64,000 nt of DNA, from contig JBDWKL010000021.1 of assembly GCA_039973685.1 (NCBI GenBank), positions 6,004 through 70,003 on the forward strand, given 5' to 3'. Source of the stretch: Hyphomicrobiales bacterium. Lineage in GTDB: Bacteria > Pseudomonadota > Alphaproteobacteria > Rhizobiales > JACESI01. The notes beneath the pieces were generated by a model. It ran no database searches, had not been told where the DNA came from, and was given only the letters and a program-made list of their open reading frames with translations. How positions within the stretch are numbered: the stretch's first letter is position 1; each line of letters opens with the position of its first letter. Both the position numbers and the translations under genes were made by a program. Positions 1 to 9,333 of the stretch are shown here, one piece after another.

Positions 1-827
1 ATGTTGCCTATGGTTATTTTCAACGCGGCCTCTATCTCTCCGCCCTTGCCGTTGCGACCGATCTTGCAGAGATTGGCGACGGTGCGGCACAGGCTTTAAT
101 CGGCGAACTTTATCGCCAAGGGCTTGGTGTTGTAAAAGATCAAAAAATTGCGTTTTCTTGGTTCAAGTTGGGTGCAGATAACAATAACCGCGAGGCAGCG
201 TTTCAATTGGGTTTCATGCATTTAGATGGCATTGGCACTGAACGAAACAAGCAGGAAGCCGCAAAATATTTTACCATTGCTGCCGAACAAAATCATGTAC
301 TCGGCCTTTATAATATAGGCCTCATGCGCCTTACTGGCGAAGTGCTAGAAAAAGACATCGAGCTTGCAGCGGATAGTCTTTTGAAAGCAGCAAAACTTGG
401 TAATCATGATGCGCAATTTGCCATCGGCGAACTATACCGTGAAGGCCATGGCGTAAAGAAAGACCAAATTCTCGCAACCATCTATTTTGGACAAGCAGCC
501 CGTGGCGGCCATGATACGGCACAAATAGAATACGCCACCCGCCTTTTAAACGGCATCGGCATTGGCAAAAACGAAGATGATGCAGCAAGATGGTTCCTTG
601 TGAATGCGCGCGCTGGCAATGCCATTGCGCAAAACCGCCTCGCACATCTTTATCGCACAGGCGCTGGCGTTCCCTTAGATCCTCTCAGTTCAGCCCGTTG
701 GCATCTCATCTCGAAGAAACAAGGTTTCAAAGACAAACACCTCGATGTCTTGTTCAATGAATTGGATGACGAAGCTAAAGCTGCAGCAACTAAATTGGCT
801 GAAAAATGGGTGCCGACAGCACGCTGA
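1..827 (+). CDS. Sel1/SLR repeat protein, 5' end off-window
   Basis: Frame 3 is open from base 3 (VAYGYFQRGLYLSALAVATDLAEIGDGAAQALIGELYRQGLGVVKD...) into tracked ORF 168..827, so the real start lies upstream of the window. It contains repeated ~36-aa units of the form A..WF..AA..G...AQ..LG.LY..G.GV.KD, typical of Sel1 repeats. Confidence 0.8.
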   Translation, partial: VAYGYFQRGLYLSALAVATDLAEIGDGAAQALIGELYRQGLGVVKDQKIAFSWFKLGADNNNREAAFQLGFMHLDGIGTERNKQEAAKYFTIAAEQNHVLGLYNIGLMRLTGEVLEKDIELAADSLLKAAKLGNHDAQFAIGELYREGHGVKKDQILATIYFGQAARGGHDTAQIEYATRLLNGIGIGKNEDDAARWFLVNARAGNAIAQNRLAHLYRTGAGVPLDPLSSARWHLISKKQGFKDKHLDVLFNELDDEAKAAATKLAEKWVPTAR

Positions 828-925
828 TCGAAGCCCATAAATTCCCACATCACAAACAATTTGGTTGATGCAAAACACCAAAGCGCAAATGATCTCTTAT
901 CGAAAAATTCCCTTAAAGGTATTCC

Positions 926-1735
926 ATGCGCTTTCTGCTTTTATCTCTCGCTCTCTTATTGCTTCCAGCTAGTGCACACGCTTGCGGTGCAGAAAGCAGG
1001 TGCGAGGTGGAAGATGGATATTACCTTGCCGCTGAACCAGAAAATTGGGACGGCAAAACGCCCCTTCGCTTAGTTGTTTATTTCCATGGCTGGAATGGGA
1101 CACCTGAGGGCACGTTTCGCAATCGTGGCATGGTAAGGGGTGCCACAACCAGAGGCGCGCTCTTTGTCGCCCCGTTCGCACAAACAGGTTATTGGCGCCA
1201 AATCGGCAAAGGCCGCGCGGAAAGTGGGCGTGATGAGGCGGCCTATATTCGCGACGTGATGAAAGACATCAAAAAACGCTGGCCAATTGACGAGAGCCAA
1301 ACCCTCGCCTCTGGCTTTTCGCGTGGGGCTTCTATGGTGTGGAATGTTGCGTGTTATACAGGCGACCTCTTTCGCGCTTACGCCCCCATCGCAGGTGGCT
1401 TTTGGCGTTCCAACCCAGATACATGCGCAACTGGTCCTGTGAACCTTCGTCATATTCATGGTCTCAAAGATCGCGTCGTCTCCTTCGATGAAGTGGGCGT
1501 TTATAACTCCATGCCAATCCCTGAAGGTTTCGATATTCTCACCCGCGTCAACGGTGCATCAAACGATGCTCGCACCGTGAAAAGCGGTGACAAACGTCTT
1601 TCGTGTGAACGCTGGGATAAAAGCAGCAGCGGACGTGTTTTAGAATTATGCTTGCATAAACGCGGGCATTCCATTCCAGCAGAATGGGTCGGCCACGGGC
1701 TTGATTGGCTCGCCGCCTTGCCGGAAGGAAGTTAG
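926..1735 (+). CDS. secreted alpha/beta esterase, PHB-depolymerase/LpqC-like family
   Basis: Signal peptide MRFLLLSLALLLLPASAHA. FHGWNG motif, nucleophile elbow GFSRGASM (G-x-S-x-G), late HGLKDRVV motif. AAAGG lies 8 nt upstream of the ATG. Confidence 0.7.
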   Translation: MRFLLLSLALLLLPASAHACGAESRCEVEDGYYLAAEPENWDGKTPLRLVVYFHGWNGTPEGTFRNRGMVRGATTRGALFVAPFAQTGYWRQIGKGRAESGRDEAAYIRDVMKDIKKRWPIDESQTLASGFSRGASMVWNVACYTGDLFRAYAPIAGGFWRSNPDTCATGPVNLRHIHGLKDRVVSFDEVGVYNSMPIPEGFDILTRVNGASNDARTVKSGDKRLSCERWDKSSSGRVLELCLHKRGHSIPAEWVGHGLDWLAALPEGS

Positions 1736-1736
1736 C

Positions 1737-2591
1737 ATGGGCATCGTTTCAATGAAGAAGATGAAATGGTCCTTGCTTCCCTTTGCTACCACTTTCATTT
1801 CGCTCAGTGCGAGCTTACCCCTCAACGCCCAACAATGCGGGCCAGAGGCTCCTTGTGAAATCGAGGGTGGAAGTTACCACATGCGCGTGCCTGCAGGAGA
1901 CGGCCCTCATCCAGTTTTAATCTGGTATCACGGACACCGTGGCAATGGCGCATCCATTCATCGAAGTGGCGGCTTACAACGGGACTTCCTCAATCAAGGC
2001 TATGTCTTAATCGCACCAAACGGTTATCAGCGCTCGAAAGACGGGCCACGTTCCTACCCCGCCCGCGACGGGACACCGCGCGATGATGTGGATTTCACTT
2101 TCAAAGTTTTGAAAGCCGCCGGAAAACGCGCAAAGCTCGACCCCAACAAAATCTTCGTTGGCGGCTTTTCGGCTGGCGGTTCTATGGCTTGGCTTCTTGC
2201 CTGCAAGCAGGGCGAAAAACTTGCTGGAATGGTCAGTGTTGCAGGCGCATTACGACGACCGAATACAACCAATTGTGCGGGCCTCAAATCTCTGCCGATC
2301 ATGCAAATACACGGCTTTGCCGACAGCCAAGTGCCGTTTGAAGGCCGCATCATACGTGATTGGCACCAAGGCAGTATTTGGGAAAGCCTTGACCGCGCAC
2401 GCCAAGCAAATGGCTGCAGATCAAACCCTGATGAGATCAAAATTGACGCAGATTTTAGAAGCCGCATTTGGAACGCCTCTTGTAAGCACGCACCCGTAAA
2501 GCTCGACATTCATAATGGCGGCCACGGCTTACCAAAAGGCTGGACGGAACGCGCCCGCTCTTTTTTAGAGCAGGCGACTAATCCTAAATAG
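1737..2591 (+). CDS. secreted alpha/beta esterase, paralog of the upstream gene
   Basis: ATG at 1737 sits 1 nt after the upstream stop, preceded by GGAAGGAAG. Signal peptide ends LPLNAQQ. YHGHRGNG, GGFSAGGSM elbow, IHGFADSQV. Same domain order as 926..1735. Confidence 0.7.
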   Translation: MGIVSMKKMKWSLLPFATTFISLSASLPLNAQQCGPEAPCEIEGGSYHMRVPAGDGPHPVLIWYHGHRGNGASIHRSGGLQRDFLNQGYVLIAPNGYQRSKDGPRSYPARDGTPRDDVDFTFKVLKAAGKRAKLDPNKIFVGGFSAGGSMAWLLACKQGEKLAGMVSVAGALRRPNTTNCAGLKSLPIMQIHGFADSQVPFEGRIIRDWHQGSIWESLDRARQANGCRSNPDEIKIDADFRSRIWNASCKHAPVKLDIHNGGHGLPKGWTERARSFLEQATNPK

Positions 2592-2608
2592 CGAATGTGG
2601 CGGTTAGC

Positions 2609-3997
2609 TTATCCGCCCCAAAGTTCTGTTGTTGGGTGAAACTGCGACCATGCGAACCAAAACGCTTGGTGACTACCAAGGTCTGACCCGTCTGTACCAA
2701 CGGCACGAATACCACCAGCATCAAGTTGCAAACGCACATTTTCAACCGCGATCTCGTCTCCACGCTTCAAAGCAATAAGCGCCTTGCTACGTTGGAACGC
2801 GACAGGTTTGCCAGAAGCCGTGATCACACCAATAATATCTTCATGCACTGACAAGCGCGGATCGACATCACCTACAGGGAAGATCGGACCATTGGCATCG
2901 CGGTTATTGCGGAAGTCAAAGTCTTGACCCAGCGCATATTTTTCTTTGAGCACAGTGGTGTTTGGATGTTCTTTTTTCCAAGTACCCCAATCCGTTGTAA
3001 TCACTGTTGCTTGCTTCAAAGTCACTTTCTTCTTCAAAAGCGGACCTGTTACAGCATCACCACGAAACGTGTCAAAGACCGAGTGAGAGGTAATGTCATA
3101 CATTACTTTATTGGAGCGAATGAGAAGTCCTGATGTACGCAATATTGGACGTTCAACACCTTCTGGCACGCGGTCCGTGAAGTATGCCTGCGCAGCGCCA
3201 CATAGGGTACAATAAGGAATACCAAGATGGCGACCACCCAATGTGTCATTCACCATCTCACGCACTTCCATGATCTGGCGAGGATAAGCACGCGATTCAC
3301 CGTTTATCGTAACGCCAAAGACGATGTCTTCGTCTTCTAACCATTTTGCATCTTTAGCGCTTTCAACTTCAGGGTTGTCAGCAGCAGGGATGCAATTGCA
3401 GCGCTCGTCTGTCGTATCGTACGCACGATCGTCAATCAGCACACCGCCCCAAGAAACAAGGCGCCAATCAATATCACCTTCAACGAAAATCTTATCCCAG
3501 CCCGGCACAACCGTTGTGAATATTGCGCGTTTCGCTTTCAAATATTCTGGCGGTGCAGGAATATCCCACGCAATCAGGTGGTCAGTGACCGATCCCCAAT
3601 AATTAGCTGGTGGCAATGTTTTACCCAAAAGTTTGGAAGCCGCATCACCAAGCACCGAATCCAATTGACTGCTTGAAGCAAAACGCAACAAGTCTGCAAT
3701 GATCCAAACAAGGCGTGGGTCTTTCGCTTCAACAATTTTGTTGAGAGCCAATGTCTGTTCATCCGCCCAATTGCCCTGCTCCATGCTTTTGACAAAAGCC
3801 ACATTAACAGCATCTTTAATCTCAGACGAAAGAGCGCCCTTGGGGGTGGCAGGTGGTTTGCCAAATTGTTCAATTACATATTGCGACACTTCCTCTTTCG
3901 CCTGCACATGTGAACTCACACCAATTAAGGCGGCAATCAACACAGCGGCAAAAAATAGAAATCCACGCGAATGCTTGTAATAATTCAACTCCATCAA
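2609..3997 (-). CDS. secreted DUF3179-like protein with N-terminal extension
   Basis: N-terminal hydrophobic signal FLFFAAVLIAALIGVSSHVQA. The C-terminal half (PYCTLCGAAQAYFTD, SGLLIRSNKVMYD) matches my memory of DUF3179; the family call is not verified by search. Confidence 0.55.
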   Translation of the reverse strand: MMELNYYKHSRGFLFFAAVLIAALIGVSSHVQAKEEVSQYVIEQFGKPPATPKGALSSEIKDAVNVAFVKSMEQGNWADEQTLALNKIVEAKDPRLVWIIADLLRFASSSQLDSVLGDAASKLLGKTLPPANYWGSVTDHLIAWDIPAPPEYLKAKRAIFTTVVPGWDKIFVEGDIDWRLVSWGGVLIDDRAYDTTDERCNCIPAADNPEVESAKDAKWLEDEDIVFGVTINGESRAYPRQIMEVREMVNDTLGGRHLGIPYCTLCGAAQAYFTDRVPEGVERPILRTSGLLIRSNKVMYDITSHSVFDTFRGDAVTGPLLKKKVTLKQATVITTDWGTWKKEHPNTTVLKEKYALGQDFDFRNNRDANGPIFPVGDVDPRLSVHEDIIGVITASGKPVAFQRSKALIALKRGDEIAVENVRLQLDAGGIRAVGTDGSDLGSHQAFWFAWSQFHPTTELWGG

Positions 3998-4344
3998 CGA
4001 GCCTTCCTCACACTTAAATCAAATAAAATTAAATGCCCCAACTGAGCATATGGATAAACGATTTTCCCAATGTTGGACTATAACGCGAACAAAAAGCAAT
4101 ATGGATCACGATGTCATCAGATTTCAGTGAGCAGCAGCCTTTATTGCCCCATTAAATAAAAGCGTCACGCAAAATCGCCGGCCATCGCCAGCTTATGATG
4201 AACAAGCCGTTATAAATTGAACTCAAATTGAGCATAAATTTTCACCTGACTTTAAAAACAATCAAGTACAAGGGTATTGAACATGGATTTTGACAAATAA
4301 AATTTCACTATTACATGAACCATTTATTCGGAAGTTTTACGCTT

Positions 4345-4629
4345 ATGAAAAAAATATCATCAGTAAAAACGACAAAGACTAAACCATCAGTCTTCAAAAG
4401 ATTCTGCCGCGATAACAAGGGCAGTATATCAATCGAATATGGCATGATTGGCTCTCTAGTCGCTGTGGGAATTGTCAGCGGTGTTAGCTCTAGCGGTGAA
4501 AGCATCGGAAACACCTTCGCTACCATTTCAAACACTATTTTAGCTGCAACAGCACCCGCGCCGTCTAATCCTTCATCCCCTGCGGCTTCACTTAAATCAC
4601 AGCCTCCATCCTCTGCGTCTTCTTTTTAA
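4345..4629 (+). CDS. Flp/Fap-family type IVb pilin-like protein with Pro/Ser-rich C-terminal tail
   Basis: Flp motif G|SISIEYGMIGSLVAVGIV (G/xxxxEY followed by a hydrophobic helix) after a basic leader MKKISSVKTTKTKPSVFKRFCRDNKG. The tail reads APAPSNPSSPAASLKSQPPSSASSF. GGAAG lies 10 nt upstream of ATG 4345. Confidence 0.55.
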   Translation: MKKISSVKTTKTKPSVFKRFCRDNKGSISIEYGMIGSLVAVGIVSGVSSSGESIGNTFATISNTILAATAPAPSNPSSPAASLKSQPPSSASSF

Positions 4630-4689
4630 GCTTCACTTACGGCAAATTAATAGATTTGATTTACAGTTGGTGGCTGAAATAAGCCATCA

Positions 4690-6621
4690 ATGAATGCGGT
4701 ATCAATGTTGTCAAACATACCAAGGTATTTTAAAAAAAATACAGGATTAAAGGTCACATACATTGCAGTATATGGCTTGTTTTGTTTGGCGATTTTGCTT
4801 TCACCGCAAACCCAAATTTTCAATTTAAGAATTGCTGATTTCCTACAATTGATGGAGCGAACGCCAGTTAGCCAAGATATTCTCATTGTGGATATCGACC
4901 GCAAGACTATTGATAAATCTGGATCATTCCCCGTCTCGAACCAATTTTATGCAAAGCTTTTAAACCACCTTGAAGGTGCGGGCACTCAACGAATTTATCT
5001 CGATCGTTTGCTATCAGTCAAAACCAACGCTGCAGACGATCAGGCACTCGCTGATGCATTAGCAAAGCTTGGGCCAGAGAAAATTGGGATCCCAGCGTAT
5101 AACCCAACACCCACGCAAGCTCTTTCTAAACCGAATGAAAAATTTGCCGGTACGACGACCGTTCTCGGCAGCAGTTTCTTCCCGGATACCGATAATAGAT
5201 ACCGTAAATTCTCCACTTACGCAGGTAACGGCGCGGTATACCCTAATGCAGCACGATGGTTGAATGGTGAAACCAGCTTCCGCCCTATCGCCTTGAACCA
5301 GCATTTTGATTTGGAATCATTAACTCATATTTCAGCTTGGGATGTGCTCTCCTTGCCTGCATCAGAACTGGCAAATAAAACAATCCTGATCGGCATTCCA
5401 ACGTCCGTCACCTCTGATGGTTTAACCTATACCAACAACTCTAAAATTAACCGCGTAACTCTTGTTGCGCTGGCTTATGAGTCCGTGAGAACGCAAACTG
5501 ATACAAAAGCTTTTTCACGCTTTTGGGAATTCATCATTCTTCTTGGCATAGGTCTTTTTTCGATAAGCTTGTCGATTGCTTTGGACGTCACAAAAAACAA
5601 ACGTGTTGGGCGGGTGGTCTACGCACTGTTCGGTATTTTCAGTATTTTTTATGTAAGCTATTACCTTCTAAGCACGCACTACTTATATCTTCCGATCGTT
5701 TCAATGGTTTTTGCTTTCGGTCTGGCTAAGCTCGTATTTTCTGCCTTTAAAATTCGACTGCTAGAAATGATTTTCGAGCTCTATTCTGGTGACCTCTCTC
5801 CTGAGGAAGCATGGGCATGGCAAACCGTCGCAAGACAGAAAGAACCGCTGGTTCTGATCGGCTTTAAAGGCCCCAAGCGCTGGAACGATGCAGCAAAGCA
5901 AGCAGGCTTCTTCGACGAAGACAATCCCAATACGGATAAAAACAAAGTAATCATTCAAACAGCCCTCAATGAGAAGAACAACGAAGGGTTTACTGTTGAT
6001 TTGCATGACTTACACGAAATCAAAACCGTGGAATGTTCATTTCCCTTCGCGCACATCCCCCTCATTCGCATAGAAGATATTACAGCAGAGCAAAACGAAA
6101 AGAAGCGGCTAGAAAAAGCACTTCACACCGACCCCCTTACAGGATGTTTGAACCGCGCAGGTTTCTTTGCAGCCGTCGGTGAGGTTGAATCCAACTATGC
6201 AACAATTATGATGGACCTTAATGGGTTTAAAACGGCTAACGACACTTTGGGTCATGCGGCTGGTGATGAGTTATTGAAAATTGCAGCGCGCCAGTTTGCA
6301 AACGTCTTGAGCGACGATCAAACACTAGGCCGACTTGGTGGCGATGAGTTTTGTGTCATGTTGCCGACTGTTGAAACACCTGAAGCCGCGCAACACGTTT
6401 GCGATTTATTGGAAAACGCATTCAAAGGGCAAATTGATTTAAGCGGTGGCCTTCAAGCTGAAATGTCCGTTGCTGCTGGTTTTGCCATTGCCAAAGACGG
6501 CAACAAGATTGATTACGTCTTAGATCAGGCCGATCAACAAATGTACAAACGAAAAGCACAAATCAAAGCTGTGCCAAAAACAGCCCCACACGACAACCAT
6601 TTCAGGACGCGAACGCCTTAA
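4690..6621 (+). CDS. CHASE2 sensor domain diguanylate cyclase (GGDEF)
   Basis: N-terminal TM, then a CHASE2-like periplasmic region (ILIVDIDRKTIDKSGSFPVSNQFYAKLLNHLEGAGTQRIYLDRLL), then 3-4 TM helices. C-terminal GGDEF domain (DPLTGCLNRAGF ... GRLGGDEFCVML). No RxxD I-site 5 residues upstream of GGDEF. Confidence 0.8.
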   Translation: MNAVSMLSNIPRYFKKNTGLKVTYIAVYGLFCLAILLSPQTQIFNLRIADFLQLMERTPVSQDILIVDIDRKTIDKSGSFPVSNQFYAKLLNHLEGAGTQRIYLDRLLSVKTNAADDQALADALAKLGPEKIGIPAYNPTPTQALSKPNEKFAGTTTVLGSSFFPDTDNRYRKFSTYAGNGAVYPNAARWLNGETSFRPIALNQHFDLESLTHISAWDVLSLPASELANKTILIGIPTSVTSDGLTYTNNSKINRVTLVALAYESVRTQTDTKAFSRFWEFIILLGIGLFSISLSIALDVTKNKRVGRVVYALFGIFSIFYVSYYLLSTHYLYLPIVSMVFAFGLAKLVFSAFKIRLLEMIFELYSGDLSPEEAWAWQTVARQKEPLVLIGFKGPKRWNDAAKQAGFFDEDNPNTDKNKVIIQTALNEKNNEGFTVDLHDLHEIKTVECSFPFAHIPLIRIEDITAEQNEKKRLEKALHTDPLTGCLNRAGFFAAVGEVESNYATIMMDLNGFKTANDTLGHAAGDELLKIAARQFANVLSDDQTLGRLGGDEFCVMLPTVETPEAAQHVCDLLENAFKGQIDLSGGLQAEMSVAAGFAIAKDGNKIDYVLDQADQQMYKRKAQIKAVPKTAPHDNHFRTRTP

Positions 6622-6732
6622 CCTAAAGGGCAAGCCATTCGCACATCTAGGCGACATTCATCGCCTCACCCCTTGCATAATCGCTACAATAATGGTTCAA
6701 GCGGCAAACCACATTTAACACGGTGATGTCCC

Positions 6733-7296
6733 ATGAAAATCAATGGCAACGAAATCCGACCTGGCAATGTTATCCAGCACCAAGATACAATCTGGGTTGC
6801 GGTCAAAACACAGCATGTAAAGCCTGGTAAAGGCGGCGCGTTTGCGCAGATCGAATTTAAGAATTTGATCGATGGTCGCAAGCTCAATGAACGCTTCCGC
6901 GCGACGGAAACTGTTGAGCGTGTGCGTCTTGAGCAAAACGACTATCAGTTCCTTTACGAACAAGGCGAAGCGCTGGTTTTCATGGATATGGAAAGCTATG
7001 AGCAGCTTGAGCTTCAAAAAGATTTTGTTGGTGAACGCGCTGCCTTCTTGCAAGACGGCATGGAAGTAACCGTGGAAAGCCACGAAGGTCGTCCAATCGG
7101 CATTCAATTGCCAGACCAAGTGACTTTGGAAGTAACAGACACCGAGCCGCACATTAAAGGCCAGACGGTTTCTTCCTCTTACAAGCCAGCCCTTCTTGAA
7201 AACGGCGTCAAAACTGGCGTGCCACCCTTTGTTGTGGTTGGCGATAAGATCATCGTTGATACCAATGAAATCACCTACGTAAAGCGCGCTGAATAG
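6733..7296 (+). CDS. efp: translation elongation factor P
   Basis: 187 aa; [14 protein letters not shown]...[17 protein letters not shown] loop and three-domain length typical of EF-P. Confidence 0.95.
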   Translation: MKINGNEIRPGNVIQHQDTIWVAVKTQHVKPGKGGAFAQIEFKNLIDGRKLNERFRATETVERVRLEQNDYQFLYEQGEALVFMDMESYEQLELQKDFVGERAAFLQDGMEVTVESHEGRPIGIQLPDQVTLEVTDTEPHIKGQTVSSSYKPALLENGVKTGVPPFVVVGDKIIVDTNEITYVKRAE

Positions 7297-7344
7297 TTTC
7301 ACCGCTTATCGAACTGACTTTAAAACCTTGAAAGGTTCTTGAAC

Positions 7345-8145
7345 ATGGCGCAAATGTCAGCGCTCCTCAACGTTATGGTAGCAGCCGCGATGAAAGCAGG
7401 CCGCAAGCTGAAACGTGACTTTGGTGAAGTAGAAAACCTTCAAGTGTCAGTTAAAGGCCCTGCCGACTTTGTTACCAATGCGGACAAACAGGCTGAAAAA
7501 ACGCTTTATGAAGAGCTTAAAAAAGCACGCCCAAAATTCGGTTTTCTGATGGAAGAAAGCGGTGAGGAAATTGGCTTTGATAGACAGCACCGCTGGATTA
7601 TCGACCCGCTAGACGGCACCACCAATTTTATGCACGGCATCCCGATGTTTGCGATCTCCATCGCCCTTGAAAGCCAAGGCGTGTTGCAAGCAGCTGTGGT
7701 TTATAACCCAATCACGGAAGAACTCTTCACGGCTGAACGCGGCGCAGGCGCTTATATGAACGATCAACGTTTGCGCGTTGCCAATCGTCGCAACCTTTCT
7801 GAATGTGTCATTGCAACAGGCATCCCGCATATTGGCCGTCCAGAACACGGCAAGTTTCTACTAGAGCTTGCAGACCTTATGGGCAGCACTGCTGGTATCC
7901 GCCGCATGGGTGCTGCATCTCTTGATCTGGCTTATGTTGCTGCTGGTAGATTTGACGGTTTCTGGGAACGTGGCCTCCAGCAATGGGATATTGCAGCTGG
8001 CATGTTGATCATCACTGAGGCGGGCGGTTATTTGTCAGACCTTGATGGCGGCAAGAAAATTTTCGAAAAAGGCGAAATCATCGCTGGCAATGAAAATGTT
8101 CACAATAAGCTACGTAAGGCACTGAAAGAAGCGCGCACAAAATAG
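7345..8145 (+). CDS. suhB: inositol monophosphatase family protein (SuhB-type)
   Basis: WIIDPLDGTTNF and GAASLDLAYVAAGRFDGFWE motifs. The tracked ORF begins at TTG 7339; I prefer ATG 7345. Confidence 0.85.
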   Translation: MAQMSALLNVMVAAAMKAGRKLKRDFGEVENLQVSVKGPADFVTNADKQAEKTLYEELKKARPKFGFLMEESGEEIGFDRQHRWIIDPLDGTTNFMHGIPMFAISIALESQGVLQAAVVYNPITEELFTAERGAGAYMNDQRLRVANRRNLSECVIATGIPHIGRPEHGKFLLELADLMGSTAGIRRMGAASLDLAYVAAGRFDGFWERGLQQWDIAAGMLIITEAGGYLSDLDGGKKIFEKGEIIAGNENVHNKLRKALKEARTK

Positions 8146-8337
8146 CGCTTGTCTCAATTCGCTTACTACTTATTCAAGCCCAGCGTAGAAAAATCGGAAA
8201 ATATGCCGATCTAACTCGATTGTCCCACAGCAATCTGTGCGCGGTCATGCCTTTGACATAAACTAGGGCTTCTCTCTTCCCAAATTTTCGTTAAGAATAA
8301 AGCTACAATGCGGTGGCTTGAGGGGAGAGTCTTGCCA

Positions 8338-9327
8338 ATGGCGTCAGAATACGATCCATACAATATCGAAAAGCCAAACAGCTATTTGATTATCATGGTG
8401 ATCTTTTTGATCATCGTCGCCTTTGCGACACTCATACTCTATCAGCAAATCATCACAGCTTATTTTGCCAATGTGGGCTTAAACAGCATCATTGGTATGG
8501 TTTTGCTTATCGGGATATTTTTATCTTTCGCGCAAATCCTGCGGCTTTATCCTGAAATAAATTGGGTCAACACCTACCGGATTGATCGCGCTGCTGTGGC
8601 TGTCAAACGGGGACCAAGATTGTTGGCGCCAATGGCAACCCTTTTAGGGGATGCTTCCAATCAGTCTAACATCTCCACACAAGGTATGCGCTCCATCCTT
8701 GATTCCATTGGCCAACGCCTTGATGAAGGCCGCGACACATCGCGCTATCTGATCGGCCTCTTGGTATTCCTCGGTCTACTCGGCACCTTTTGGGGCTTAC
8801 TGCAAACCGTGAACGCGGTTGGATCTACCATCCAAGCGCTGGATGTGGGTTCTGGCGATTCATCACTCATATTCGAAGATTTAAAAACCGGCCTTGAAGC
8901 GCCACTCACAGGCATGGGCACCGCGTTTTCATCTTCCTTGTTCGGTCTATCCGGCTCGTTGATCCTCGGGTTCCTTGATCTTCAATCTGGTCATGCGCAA
9001 AACCGGTTTTACAATAACCTTGAAGACTGGCTCTCAACCTTCACTGATTTATCGGGTGATTTGAGCGATCTTAAAAACGCATCGTCTCCTGCAGAATTTG
9101 CAACCGCAATCGAACGCCTTGCGCGTGTGGTGCAGCAAGGAAATCGGTCTTCTGAAGCAGCAAGCGAACAAAACACATCTGCCACGTCTGATCTTGCCGA
9201 AGGCATTCAGGGTCTCGTGCAAAATATGAGATCAGAACAGCAATTGGTTCGAAACTGGATGGAAGCACAAAGCGACCAGCAGGGAGAAATCAAAAAGTTC
9301 CTCGAAACATTATCCAAGAAGAGCTAA
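8338..9327 (+). CDS. MotA/TolQ/ExbB-family proton-channel protein with coiled-coil C-terminal tail
   Basis: ATG 8338 is preceded by GAGGGGAGAG. 2+2 TM helices, with the family signature in TM3-TM4 (LGLLGTFWGLLQTV ... LTGMGTAFSSSLFGLSGSLILGF). About 120 aa of hydrophilic, heptad-like tail. Confidence 0.7.
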   Translation: MASEYDPYNIEKPNSYLIIMVIFLIIVAFATLILYQQIITAYFANVGLNSIIGMVLLIGIFLSFAQILRLYPEINWVNTYRIDRAAVAVKRGPRLLAPMATLLGDASNQSNISTQGMRSILDSIGQRLDEGRDTSRYLIGLLVFLGLLGTFWGLLQTVNAVGSTIQALDVGSGDSSLIFEDLKTGLEAPLTGMGTAFSSSLFGLSGSLILGFLDLQSGHAQNRFYNNLEDWLSTFTDLSGDLSDLKNASSPAEFATAIERLARVVQQGNRSSEAASEQNTSATSDLAEGIQGLVQNMRSEQQLVRNWMEAQSDQQGEIKKFLETLSKKS

Positions 9328-9333
9328 CGCAAA

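Noticed and set aside
6715-7302. 195-aa ORF antisense to efp.
   Set aside because: It is a shadow ORF fully overlapping a confidently identified gene, with low-complexity, motif-free translation.
8146-8307. suhB-associated sRNA (Rfam suhB/MmgR, alpha-r8 family) expected near suhB genes. A pyrimidine tract CTTCTCTCTTCCC lies at 8269..8281.
   Set aside because: I could see no CCUCCUCCC motif, no flanking hairpins and no intrinsic terminator on either strand. The tract more likely belongs to the promoter or leader of the MotA-like gene.
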